64,000 nt of DNA from an uncultured Mollicutes bacterium (GTDB taxonomy: Bacteria > Bacillota_I > Bacilli_A > RFN20 > CAG-826): positions 11,344 through 75,343 of the forward strand of contig UQFY01000001.1 of assembly GCA_900540385.1 (NCBI GenBank), given 5' to 3'. The notes below the pieces were generated by a model that had not been told where the DNA came from, did no database searches, and was given only the letters and a program-made list of their open reading frames with translations. Shown in pieces: positions 30,376 through 39,658 of the stretch (its first letter is position 1; every line of letters starts with the position of its first letter). The translations under genes were made by a program, and so were the position numbers.

Positions 30376-32229
30376 ATGAAATCGATTATTGCCAAGATTA
30401 GGCCGCAGTTTTTGCCCTTAATAAAAAACGGCATAAAAAAACACGAATACCGTCTTGCCTCCCCTAAATACACCTCTTTAAATGTGGGAGATAGATTGAT
30501 TCTCGTCTCAAATCAAAATTCTGGGGATTTCGCGGTTACCCGAGTGAATAAAATAACAAAGTTTTATGATTGGGAAAAAGCTTTGGAAAAACATTGGGAA
30601 GAGGATTTTAAAGGGCTTTATTCCGACTTCGACGAGCTAATTGAGGAATGCCATGGATTCTACACAGCCGATGAAATCAAGGGATACGGAATCGATGTTT
30701 TTGATATTTCATTAGATGAGCCCAAATTTCAAAACGCCCGATTTCTTCTTGATACGAATGTTATCATCCAAAAAGAAAGCGTGAATGATTGCTGTTCAGA
30801 AATCAATTTAGTTTATCAATCGATTGATAAGTTCAAAGGGACAAAGCTGTATCATCCAGCTACCGCAAAAGAGTTGAACGGATATAAGGATGAAAACATA
30901 AAGAAGACAATGATTGCCAAACTAAATTCATATGAAAAATTAAGCGAAACAACAATTTGTGATGCTTATTTCAAACAAATTGTCGCACTTTTTGAAAATG
31001 ACGAGAATAGTGAGAATGATAATGAGATTCTTTATCAGGTATATAGCGGAAGAGCTGATTTTTTAATTAGTGAAGGCCGTGGCATTTTAAGAAAAGCGGA
31101 GCGACTGTATTTACGAGACAGGGTGATGAGCCCAAGCGAATTCCTAACGAATGTTGAAAAACAAAACCCAAGTTTAATTTATTACGACGCGTTGTCCGTG
31201 TCTCTAGTCAAAATTAGCTCGTTAGATATCAATGATCACTTTTTCGATTCTCTTCGTGAAGACTATGGTGGAGAAGATTTTAACCAATGGCTAACGAAAA
31301 AATCAAAGGATGACGCATACGTTTTCCGAAATAAGGAAGGAATTCAGGGGTTTTTGTATTTGAAGGCCGAGGGAATAGATGAAGATTATTCCGATTTTAA
31401 TCCTCGCCTTACGCCGAAAAGAAGGCTTAAGGTAGGAACGTTTAAAATCAATAGCATCGGGATTCGTTTGGGCGAAAGATTCCTAAAAATCATCTTCGAC
31501 AACGCTTTGAAACGAGATGTTGATGAGATTTATGTCACCATGTTTAAAGACAAACGCCAGGAAGTGCGCGGCTTAAAGGAATTGATGGAAAAATGGGGAT
31601 TTGTCGAAAAAGGCGCAAAGGAAAACGGTGAAGTTTACTTAGTAAAAGACATGCGGAATTACGATGAGACGAAAAATCCAAAATTCAATTACCCACTTTA
31701 TAAGAACGATTGCTCGATTTCTTTTTTGCCAATCGTTTCCAAATATCACACAAAGTTATTTCCAGATCTTCACCTCAAGAATGAAAATCCCGCGCTTTTT
31801 GATACCGCATGCAGTTACGCAATTGAAAAGACTTATGTTACCGCGTGGAAAGGCGTTGATTTAGGACCAGGCTCTCTTTTATGTGTTTATTGTATGGCGG
31901 ACTATAATAAGAAATACCGTTCTGCCATCACAGGGGTGTGTATCCTTAATGAAGTAATTAAAACGTCGAGCGTCGATGAACTTGTTAAGGAATGCCAAAA
32001 CAGGTCTGTATTCACGGAGCCTGAGTTGCGCGAGCTTTATAATGAAAAGAATTACACAACCATTGTAAAAGTTTTGTATTTGAAGCCGTTTGACCATAAG
32101 ATAAACTACGATCGTTTGAATGCCGCTGGTTTGCTCGGCACTAAAGGTGGACCCCGATTGAATTCCAAACTTTCGTATGAAGAATATCTTGAACTAGTTA
32201 AATTAGGGGAAGGAGAAGAAATAATATGA
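30376..32229 (+). CDS. multidomain protein: N-terminal ASCH domain, central PIN-like domain, C-terminal GNAT-like region
   Basis: ATG 30376 after SD aaggggg (track uses upstream GTG); N-terminus MKSIIAKIRPQFLPLIKNGIKKHEYR paralogous to the ASCH protein next door; ARFLLDTNVIIQ looks like a PIN first acidic box; IGIRLGERFL...LMEKWGFVEKG resembles GNAT motif A. Confidence 0.55.
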   Translation: MKSIIAKIRPQFLPLIKNGIKKHEYRLASPKYTSLNVGDRLILVSNQNSGDFAVTRVNKITKFYDWEKALEKHWEEDFKGLYSDFDELIEECHGFYTADEIKGYGIDVFDISLDEPKFQNARFLLDTNVIIQKESVNDCCSEINLVYQSIDKFKGTKLYHPATAKELNGYKDENIKKTMIAKLNSYEKLSETTICDAYFKQIVALFENDENSENDNEILYQVYSGRADFLISEGRGILRKAERLYLRDRVMSPSEFLTNVEKQNPSLIYYDALSVSLVKISSLDINDHFFDSLREDYGGEDFNQWLTKKSKDDAYVFRNKEGIQGFLYLKAEGIDEDYSDFNPRLTPKRRLKVGTFKINSIGIRLGERFLKIIFDNALKRDVDEIYVTMFKDKRQEVRGLKELMEKWGFVEKGAKENGEVYLVKDMRNYDETKNPKFNYPLYKNDCSISFLPIVSKYHTKLFPDLHLKNENPALFDTACSYAIEKTYVTAWKGVDLGPGSLLCVYCMADYNKKYRSAITGVCILNEVIKTSSVDELVKECQNRSVFTEPELRELYNEKNYTTIVKVLYLKPFDHKINYDRLNAAGLLGTKGGPRLNSKLSYEEYLELVKLGEGEEII

Positions 32230-32597
32230 AAAAAATAATAATTTCAATCAATCCAGAACACGTGAATAACATCATAAACGGAACAAAAAAATACGAATAT
32301 CGTACCAAGGCGGCCAAGAAGGACGTCAATAAACTGATCATTTACGAAACCACGCCAATCAAAAAAGTAGTTGCCGAAGCCGAGATTGTCGAGGTGCTTG
32401 CTCTTGATCCAAATGCCCTTTGGGAAAAGACAAGGGAATATTCCGGTATAACGAAAAACTTCTTTGACGAATATTTTAAGGACAGAAAGGTTGCTTACGC
32501 TTACAAACTTGGGAAAATCAAAGTATATGATGAGCCAAAGACCTTAACGGAATTTGGTTTAAGAGTTGCCCCTCAATCATTTGCTTATGCAAAATAG
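32226..32597 (+). CDS. ASCH (PUA-like) domain protein
   Basis: MKKIIISINPEHVNNIINGTKKYEYRTKA typical ASCH N-terminus; overlaps upstream gene stop by 4 nt. Confidence 0.7.
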   Translation: MKKIIISINPEHVNNIINGTKKYEYRTKAAKKDVNKLIIYETTPIKKVVAEAEIVEVLALDPNALWEKTREYSGITKNFFDEYFKDRKVAYAYKLGKIKVYDEPKTLTEFGLRVAPQSFAYAK

Positions 32598-32673
32598 CTT
32601 TTGTCCCTTTCAAATGAATTATTATTTGCACTTATAACAAAACCTCCAGCTCCCCGGAGGCAATCTATCTATT

Positions 32674-32754
32674 TGGTGCGTCTGGCAGGAATTGAATCTG
32701 CATGAGCTGCCTCGTTAGATCCTAAGTCTCACACAGTCCTTTCTTTCGTTTGGA
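32674..32754 (-). repeat. ~80-nt partial copy of the tRNA-like 3'-end element with preceding terminator hairpin
   Basis: tggtgcgtctggcaggaattgaatctgcatgagctgcctcgttagatcctaagtctc... aligns to first ~95 nt of the full copies; hairpin cctccagctccccggagg at 32643-32660. Confidence 0.8.
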
Positions 32755-33018
32755 AGAGCAAAATGCATCCGATTGGAACAGGACGGAAAATAGCGTATTG
32801 TTTTCAACCTAAAGTACGAAAAATGATTGTCGATCATTTGGGCACTTTGGCTTTTCCAGCTCGCTCACTAATCAAACGCTTTTCGATGAATGTTAAGAAG
32901 GAACGAGACTTAAAAACATATCTTTTGATATACTTATTAATGCAAGCACATCTTACCGGCGTTCGCTGTTCATTTTTTGAACTAATGGTGCGTTTTCGGA
33001 TGTTGAAAAAGAATAACA

Positions 33019-35781
33019 ATGATACATGAATTTGATTTTCAATTTTGGAAAAACAACGTTGTCGATATTTGTGACTGGATAGATGCAACAATTAAAAGAT
33101 ATCCAGCTGAGGAACGAGAAACTGTTTCCACAGATGCGATAAAACGTTTGCGAGACTTGATTAATGCCGTTTGTGTTTGCTGCCTTTTAAAAAACAAACC
33201 CCAAACTTTTAAAAACCAATATGACTATATTGTTCAAGGCCTAAAATATGTCGAAGCCAATAAAAGCTATAAATTCATATATGACTTTTACAAACGTTCA
33301 AAAATAAGCCTGTCCCATTATTCTCCTTTTGGGGAAGAAGCAGAGAGATTAATGCTAAGATATTGCGAAAATCTACTTCATTTAAAAAACTATTTGAAAA
33401 ACGAACTTGGCTTGGACGTTCTTCATGAATTGGATCGTTTCCCGATGGACTTAGATGAAACGTTCGAAACATACTATTTGGAAATCATAAAAGCCATGCA
33501 ATCGATAGCCTTTGACGGTCGTTCTTCGAGAGGAAGAGATTTATATTATGTTCAGAAAAAGAAAACCATTTATTGCCAGAACGTTCTTTTTTATGAATAC
33601 ACTTTATCGAGCGCGAATGACGGCCTAAGCAAATTTGATCGCTTTACCGCCTTTTCAAAAATTGATGTTTTTGATAATTACGCCATCAAAGCTTCATTTT
33701 TGAAGAAACCTGTTTCACTTTTTGGCGTAGAAGTTCACCTCAATTTTTTGACGGATTATCAGGTTGCCATTCGACCTTGTGAATTTAGCCGTTTACTGCA
33801 AATTATCGGAATTACTTTAAAAAACACTTTTTCTCCAGGAAAAGAATACCATCGGTTGTTATCTTATATTCAGGAACACAAAGAGCCTTTAGATGAGCTT
33901 TTAATTGCAGATAAGTATGATTTCAAACGCCTTTTAGATACCATTCATATAACAAAAGAATCATATTTGTATCTCTTTTTAACTAAATCTCGAAGAATTC
34001 TTTTGAGTGATCAAATTGGAAAAAATGTTTATAAATATCTTCTTCGCACTATCAACAATAGAATTTTGAAAGAACAAATGCCTTTGTTGGGTTATTCCTC
34101 AATTTTAAGTAATGAAATCAGGGTCAGAAAAGCGGATTCTCTTTTCGATGGTATGCCATACGTTTTTTCTTTGGTCAAACATAATCCTAGATTTGAAACT
34201 CTGTTAGATTGTTTCCCTTTGGCGGAACATGAAGATGAAATGATTAAAAGATGGGTTAATAAAATGAGTTTGGATAAATCCGTACTTTACAATCAGATTC
34301 CTGGTGAAACCACTTTTGAGAAAATAGAAGAGAGTGTTCGCAGGTTTAATGCTCTGTGTAACGAAAAAGGTTTTAAAGACGAATATAAACTGCAGTTTTT
34401 CAAAAATTATATCTACGAAAACGGCACCGAACAAACTTGTCATAAACTGATAAAAAAGCTCTTGGATTTGGCGAAATGTTCAAATGTTCCCGATTTTACC
34501 TCCTACATTCAATCAAGGATTGAAGAGATAGGCTTTAAAATAGATGACCCGCAGAAAAGATCGGCTTTAAAAACAATGTATAAAAATGGTTCTCTTTTCG
34601 CCATATATGGCTGTGCGGGTTCCGGGAAAAGCACCTTCGCAAGCTATCTTCTTAAAATACTTGGTAAAGAAACAAAAGTACTTTGCTTGACCAACACAAA
34701 TCCAGCTTTAATGAATCTAAGAAAGAAATTGGGTGAAGAAGGAACTCAATATTTCACGACATATAGGTTTCTACGTTTGAAAGAAGAAAATGTCCCGGAT
34801 TGCGATTTTTTAATTATTGACGAATGTAGTAACATTTCCAATACAGATATGCTTGCCGTTCTTGAGAAAGCCCATTTTAAACTGCTTCTTCTTTTGGGAG
34901 ACGTGCATCAAATTGAATCAATACAATTCGGCAATTGGTATTCTTTGCTGTTCCATTTTCTTTCGGACACAGAAAAAATAGAACTTTGTTCAGCCTATCG
35001 AGCTCAAAAAAATGAACATTTATTGGGCTTATGGAAAGTGGTACGAGAAAACGATGATTCGATATTTGAACTATTTGAAAAGTGTAAAGTTTCTAAAAAA
35101 CTTGGAGATGAGTTATTCGAAACTTCAAGCTCGGATGAAGTCATTCTTTGCCTTAATTACGATGGCTTATATGGCTTGAATAACATTAACAATTATCTTC
35201 AAACAAGAAACCCAAATCCTGCGGTTTATTGGAAACAGTATACGTTTAAAAAGGGAGATCCTATTTTATTTATTGAAAACTCTCGCTTTGGTTCCCTGCT
35301 TTATAATAATTTAAAAGGGAAAATCGATGAAGTGGAAAAGGACGAAAAAGGCAATCTTCATTTTAAGATTGTGGTTAATAGATCCGTTAATCCTTTTGAC
35401 CGATTAGAAGGATTTGAGTTAGTAAAGAACTTTGGCGACGGACGGAGCCTTATTGCTTTTTCCGTTAGAAATCCTAAAGATATAGACTATGAAAACGATA
35501 TGAAGGAGGATTGCAAAATTCCTTTTCAGATTGCTTATGCTGTTTCTATACACAAAGCCCAAGGGCTTGAATACGATTCCGTTAAGATCGTGATAACAAA
35601 TGAAGTAGAGGAACTAATTACTCACAATATTTTTTACACAGCTATTACTAGGGCAAAAAATGATTTAACGATTTACTGGACGCCTGAAACCGAAAGAAAA
35701 ATCATTAAATCTTTGCAAATTAGAAACAACGCCAGTGATTTTTCCATTCTTCAAAATAAGTTCTCAGACTTGCGCAGATAG
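33019..35781 (+). CDS. SF1 (RecD/UvrD_C_2-type) helicase with ~500-aa N-terminal domain of unknown function
   Basis: Walker A IYGCAGSGKST, Walker B LIIDECSN, AYRAQ and SIHKAQGLEYDSV (UvrD_C_2 signature). Confidence 0.75.
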   Translation: MIHEFDFQFWKNNVVDICDWIDATIKRYPAEERETVSTDAIKRLRDLINAVCVCCLLKNKPQTFKNQYDYIVQGLKYVEANKSYKFIYDFYKRSKISLSHYSPFGEEAERLMLRYCENLLHLKNYLKNELGLDVLHELDRFPMDLDETFETYYLEIIKAMQSIAFDGRSSRGRDLYYVQKKKTIYCQNVLFYEYTLSSANDGLSKFDRFTAFSKIDVFDNYAIKASFLKKPVSLFGVEVHLNFLTDYQVAIRPCEFSRLLQIIGITLKNTFSPGKEYHRLLSYIQEHKEPLDELLIADKYDFKRLLDTIHITKESYLYLFLTKSRRILLSDQIGKNVYKYLLRTINNRILKEQMPLLGYSSILSNEIRVRKADSLFDGMPYVFSLVKHNPRFETLLDCFPLAEHEDEMIKRWVNKMSLDKSVLYNQIPGETTFEKIEESVRRFNALCNEKGFKDEYKLQFFKNYIYENGTEQTCHKLIKKLLDLAKCSNVPDFTSYIQSRIEEIGFKIDDPQKRSALKTMYKNGSLFAIYGCAGSGKSTFASYLLKILGKETKVLCLTNTNPALMNLRKKLGEEGTQYFTTYRFLRLKEENVPDCDFLIIDECSNISNTDMLAVLEKAHFKLLLLLGDVHQIESIQFGNWYSLLFHFLSDTEKIELCSAYRAQKNEHLLGLWKVVRENDDSIFELFEKCKVSKKLGDELFETSSSDEVILCLNYDGLYGLNNINNYLQTRNPNPAVYWKQYTFKKGDPILFIENSRFGSLLYNNLKGKIDEVEKDEKGNLHFKIVVNRSVNPFDRLEGFELVKNFGDGRSLIAFSVRNPKDIDYENDMKEDCKIPFQIAYAVSIHKAQGLEYDSVKIVITNEVEELITHNIFYTAITRAKNDLTIYWTPETERKIIKSLQIRNNASDFSILQNKFSDLRR

Positions 35782-35815
35782 TTAAAAGCGGCATTACGTT
35801 TTAGAGGAAAAATAG

Positions 35816-37018
35816 ATGAGAAAATACGATTTAATCCATAGCCTGCCAGCAATAAAGCTTGTTATAGGAAATGGCTTTGACTTATATTGTGGTTTAGAAA
35901 CTAGATATGTTGACTATTTCAATTCACGTAAAGAAAAATTCGACAGTATACGAAATTGCATAAATCAGCTTAAAAATGTTACAACAAAAAAATTTATAAA
36001 AGAAGCGTCCATCAATGAACTAATACCTCATGTTTTTCCAGGAAATAGAAATATCAAAGAAATAAATGTGTGGGATTTTTTGTTTGCAATATTGTCAGAT
36101 GAACACAAAGACGAAATCGAAGATTGGAACTGGTGTGACGTAGAAAGCGTAATGGCAAAATGGCTTAAAGATGAGCCTCATTCTGAAAACGAATGTGATT
36201 GGAATATTGTCTTTGAAGCCTTGAAAAATAATGTAAGCAAAGAACCAATGTCGTTTCAATATCGTTGTTTGGCCGCTTTCGTCCTTTTAAAAAATAAACT
36301 TAAAACTTTTGAAAGCGAAGACGCCTATTTCGTTTTTCTATTGGAGCAGCTTAATCAATTCGAAAAGGATTTCGGTGAATACATTCAAAACCAACTCATG
36401 ACTCGGATAGAAATAAGCTTTGGTATAAGAGAGAGGCTGGAACGGTTTTCTTCTGATTCTGAGCGGACAATACAAGAATTGTGTTCTCAAAACAGAATCA
36501 CAAGTATTGATACTTTCAACTATGACGCTCCGTCCATCGAAGGCCTTTACGATAAATTTCATCATATAAACGGCGATTTGGAGTCGCCGATTTTTGGAGT
36601 GGATACGACGTTATTTAAAGCGGATGACCCCAGGTTCATTTTTACAAAAACTAGCCGGAGAATGCATCTTGATATGATGCGCTCTGATAATTTCATACCG
36701 GCAGGATTTAGTAACGTCATTATTTTTGGTCATTCTTTAAATAGAGCTGATGATAATTACTTCTTTTCAATTTTTGATAAACTTGACATTACAAATCCAA
36801 GCAACAATTCAAAAATTGTATTTGCGTATTACGTTTATGATTCTCAAAGGCGTAGCGAAATAATATCTTGCGAGAGAAATAAAATCTCTATTCTTTTTCA
36901 AGAGTACTCTAAATATAAATTTGGAGATTTTCATGGTAACAGGCTGCTTGACGAATTAACTATACAGGGAAAAATTATTATGTATGAAATGCCAACATTG
37001 CCAAAGAATTATTTTTAA
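35816..37018 (+). CDS. AbiH-like abortive-infection protein
   Basis: N-terminal KLVIGNGFDLYCGLETRYVDYF matches the AbiH family N-terminal signature. Confidence 0.5.
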   Translation: MRKYDLIHSLPAIKLVIGNGFDLYCGLETRYVDYFNSRKEKFDSIRNCINQLKNVTTKKFIKEASINELIPHVFPGNRNIKEINVWDFLFAILSDEHKDEIEDWNWCDVESVMAKWLKDEPHSENECDWNIVFEALKNNVSKEPMSFQYRCLAAFVLLKNKLKTFESEDAYFVFLLEQLNQFEKDFGEYIQNQLMTRIEISFGIRERLERFSSDSERTIQELCSQNRITSIDTFNYDAPSIEGLYDKFHHINGDLESPIFGVDTTLFKADDPRFIFTKTSRRMHLDMMRSDNFIPAGFSNVIIFGHSLNRADDNYFFSIFDKLDITNPSNNSKIVFAYYVYDSQRRSEIISCERNKISILFQEYSKYKFGDFHGNRLLDELTIQGKIIMYEMPTLPKNYF

Positions 37019-37207
37019 TTAGTTCCGGCCAATTTTCTAAAACAAAATGGTTTTCTAAGAAGCATTTGAATGGAACACTTTTTTTTAGGTTTATGGTGTG
37101 CATTCATAAAAAGATTTAAAACATCAAAAAAAGTTTGACATATTCAAAAATAAATTGATGCTAAAATATATTTGTGATAAAAATAATGAATACTAAAGAG
37201 GTTTAAT

Positions 37208-37342
37208 ATGTCAGTCAGCTATAATAAACTTTGGAAAAGATTAATCGATGAGAAAATGAAAAAGGTTGATTTAATGAGAAAATCGGGAATTAGTACAAAC
37301 GCATTGACGCATTTGAGCAAAAATGAAATTGGATGGCATTGA
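37208..37342 (+). CDS. truncated XRE/Cro-type helix-turn-helix protein (44 aa)
   Basis: ATG 37208 with SD aaagagg; MRKSGISTNALTHLSKNE is an HTH_3 helix2-turn-helix3, but ORF stops (TGA 37340) where family members continue; overlaps next gene start. Confidence 0.4.
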   Translation: MSVSYNKLWKRLIDEKMKKVDLMRKSGISTNALTHLSKNEIGWH

Positions 37343-39041
37343 AGCTTTTAACCTGCAAAAAGAGGAGGATCTTATTCTCCCTTCTTTGCCTTGTGTCTCT
37401 TTCGAGGTAACAAAAGGCAACGAACTAGAAACCATTGACCAATATAGATTGGTTTCAGGAGAGCAAAACGAATACACGCTCCTCGTATCTTATATGAGTG
37501 ATGTACATCTTACGCATAAATTATTGGCTAATTCTTGCAAGACGATATACGATGCGGAAGAAGAAATTCGTGAACTCTCGAACGTTTTCTTTAATAAAAC
37601 GCAAACTAAGATTTCTTTGTTTGTAGGCGACCTTACTGACAAATTCGATTTATACGAGAAATTTTTGAAATGCCCAGTCTTGTTCCGCCACAAGAATAAG
37701 TTTTTCTTCACTTTAGGGAATCACGAACTTTGGGCATTCCCAAATCAAAGTTTGGAAGAAACAATAACTAAATACAGATGCCTTTTGGAAGATGAGGGGA
37801 TCAATCTTGTTCAAAACGATGTCTATTATTTTCAGTCTTCTGATCCTTTTTTCTTAAGAGATCCTATTAGGATTAGCGAACAAGAATTAAAGACTCTATC
37901 CTCTGACGATCTTCATAAAAAACTGAGGGATGCCTCTCTCATTATTTTTGGAGGCATTGGTTTTGCTGGCGCCAATCCTACGTTTAACGCTACGAGCGGC
38001 ATTTATCAAAACGTTTTGAGTAGAGAAGAAGAAATAGAGGAGACAAAAAAGTTCTGTGATTATTACAAGAAAGTCATCGATGCGACAAAGGGGATGCATC
38101 TTATTGTGTTGACCCACATGCCAGTGAAGGATTGGCTTGGCGAAGAAAAATACGAGCCCGGAGTCTTATACGTTAATGGTCACACTCACAATAACTATAG
38201 ATACGACGATGGGATAAAAAGAGTCTATTCAGATAACCAATCGGGATACATGTCTAAATCGATTTCATGGAAAGAAACTTCCACTGACTTTGGATTCGAC
38301 TGGTTCAAAGATTATAAAGATGGCATTTATCCAATAAGCCTTGCTGATTACCGAGTATATTATCGAGGAATCAATGAGAGGATGAATCTCAAGAAAGAAC
38401 CCGGGCAACTATATCTTTTAAAACGAGATGGCTTGTATATGTTTCTTTGCAAAAAGGAAAAACTGTATTTCATGCAAGGCGGGAAAAAACTTAATTTAGA
38501 GAATCAAGACGTTGAATATTATTATAAAAAGATGGAGGCGTATGCGAACTCTATCAAAGAATGCCTTTCCGAATATGAATTGGCCCAAAATCGCATAGCA
38601 AACGAAATCAAAAAGATTGGCGGTAGTGGTCTTATCCATGGTTGCATCATCGACATCGATTTCTTTAACCATATTTATCTTAATATCCTTGATGGAAAAG
38701 CAACTCCTTATTACGCTTCCTTCATAACAGCTAAAATGGCATATCAAAATGTCGCCAGTCTTCTAAGTGATAAATGTCCAACGCTATATTCCAAATATCA
38801 AGCCCTCATTGATGGGACAAAAGGCAACTCATTAACGACTTTAGGCGATAATAAGATTTCAAAAAAGACGTATTTCGTAACGGACACGAGCATGTATCGT
38901 ATCTCTAGACTGATTAAGCAACTCCAATTCATTGGAGACCATGGCTTGATAAGGCAATGGAATGATGAGGTTGCTAATAAAGCATCTAAAGAGAATGGAA
39001 CTCTTATTTTGAGAGATATGCTTATCGGAGAAGAACAATAA
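37323..39041 (+). CDS. calcineurin-like metallophosphoesterase with long C-terminal extension
   Basis: VGDLTD (GDxxD) and FTLGNHELW (GNHE) phosphoesterase motifs. Confidence 0.65.
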   Translation: MKLDGIEAFNLQKEEDLILPSLPCVSFEVTKGNELETIDQYRLVSGEQNEYTLLVSYMSDVHLTHKLLANSCKTIYDAEEEIRELSNVFFNKTQTKISLFVGDLTDKFDLYEKFLKCPVLFRHKNKFFFTLGNHELWAFPNQSLEETITKYRCLLEDEGINLVQNDVYYFQSSDPFFLRDPIRISEQELKTLSSDDLHKKLRDASLIIFGGIGFAGANPTFNATSGIYQNVLSREEEIEETKKFCDYYKKVIDATKGMHLIVLTHMPVKDWLGEEKYEPGVLYVNGHTHNNYRYDDGIKRVYSDNQSGYMSKSISWKETSTDFGFDWFKDYKDGIYPISLADYRVYYRGINERMNLKKEPGQLYLLKRDGLYMFLCKKEKLYFMQGGKKLNLENQDVEYYYKKMEAYANSIKECLSEYELAQNRIANEIKKIGGSGLIHGCIIDIDFFNHIYLNILDGKATPYYASFITAKMAYQNVASLLSDKCPTLYSKYQALIDGTKGNSLTTLGDNKISKKTYFVTDTSMYRISRLIKQLQFIGDHGLIRQWNDEVANKASKENGTLILRDMLIGEEQ

Positions 39042-39068
39042 GAATCAATGTTCTCTTTTAACAAAAAA

Positions 39069-39096
39069 GCCTTGAAGATATTCTTCTCCCCAAGGC
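39069..39096. terminator. bidirectional terminator hairpin GCCTTG...CAAGGC between metallophosphoesterase gene and repeat copy C
   Basis: acaaaaaaGCCTTGaagatattcttctccCCAAGGCaagtttcttatatttt read directly. Confidence 0.55.
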
Positions 39097-39102
39097 AAGT
39101 TT

Positions 39103-39505
39103 CTTATATTTTTGGTGCGCCTGGCAGGAATTGAACCTGTATGAGTCGCCTCATTAGATCCTAAGTCCTACATAGGGGGCTTCTTTCGTTTGGCTCGCTA
39201 AGGAACACGGAAGTGGAATCAGACGCACAGGAGGAAATTTGTTGCCAGTCCAAAGTAAGAAAAAGAATGCCAATCAATAGCGTACATTGGCTTTTGCGGA
39301 CGAGCTGCGGACGGAAGCGGACGGCCATGGCAAGCCTTATTTTAGACCTGCAGATTGATGGTGTTTCACCAGTCGGAACCGCCTTCGTTCCTGCAAGCAT
39401 TATAACAAAACAAAATGCGAATACAATAGGAAAAAACAAAGATTTCATCGAACTTTTTTCAATGCCCGGATAAGATTCTGTCGGGTTCTTTTTAAGGTAT
39501 GCGGA
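39103..39505 (-). repeat. ~400-bp GC-rich repeat, copy C; minus-strand 3' end is tRNA-like (T-arm CAGG-UUCAAUU-CCUG, acceptor CAGGCGC, A, CCA); candidate structured ncRNA
   Basis: Identical to 44296-44690 over ~350 bp, similar to ~390; reverse complement of 39103-39216 gives GCGUCUG...ACAGGUUCAAUUCCUGCCAGGCGCACCA with 7/7 pairing between ends including one G-U; internal GNRA hairpin AUGAG-GCGA-CUCAU. Confidence 0.85.
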
Positions 39506-39658
39506 CGCATCGGTTTAGCAAAAATGATGTCATTGTTTTAAATATCATCTCCCCTTTTTCAACTTAAGAATAGAAATATAAAAATCGGTTTCTTCGATGC
39601 CCCATCATAATCCTGCTATAATAATGTGAGCAATAAACATATAAGGAGCATAATCATC

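Noticed and set aside
39161-39473. ORFs 39161..39448(-)/39213..39473(+) and identical 44344..44631(-)/44396..44656(+) as protein-coding genes
   Set aside because: They are mutually antisense inside a GC-rich structured repeat. The minus-strand 95-aa ORF has a hydrophobic signal-like N-terminus but no convincing SD. I treat them as probably non-coding, low certainty.
39103-39505. tmRNA (ssrA) identity for the 400-bp repeat with tRNA-like 3' end
   Set aside because: No tag-peptide reading frame ending in an ALAA-stop-like sequence was found. The pairing 5' acceptor strand lies only 113 nt from the 3' end rather than ~350 nt. Two identical copies plus truncated copies is atypical for ssrA. Kept only as something Infernal/ARAGORN should test.
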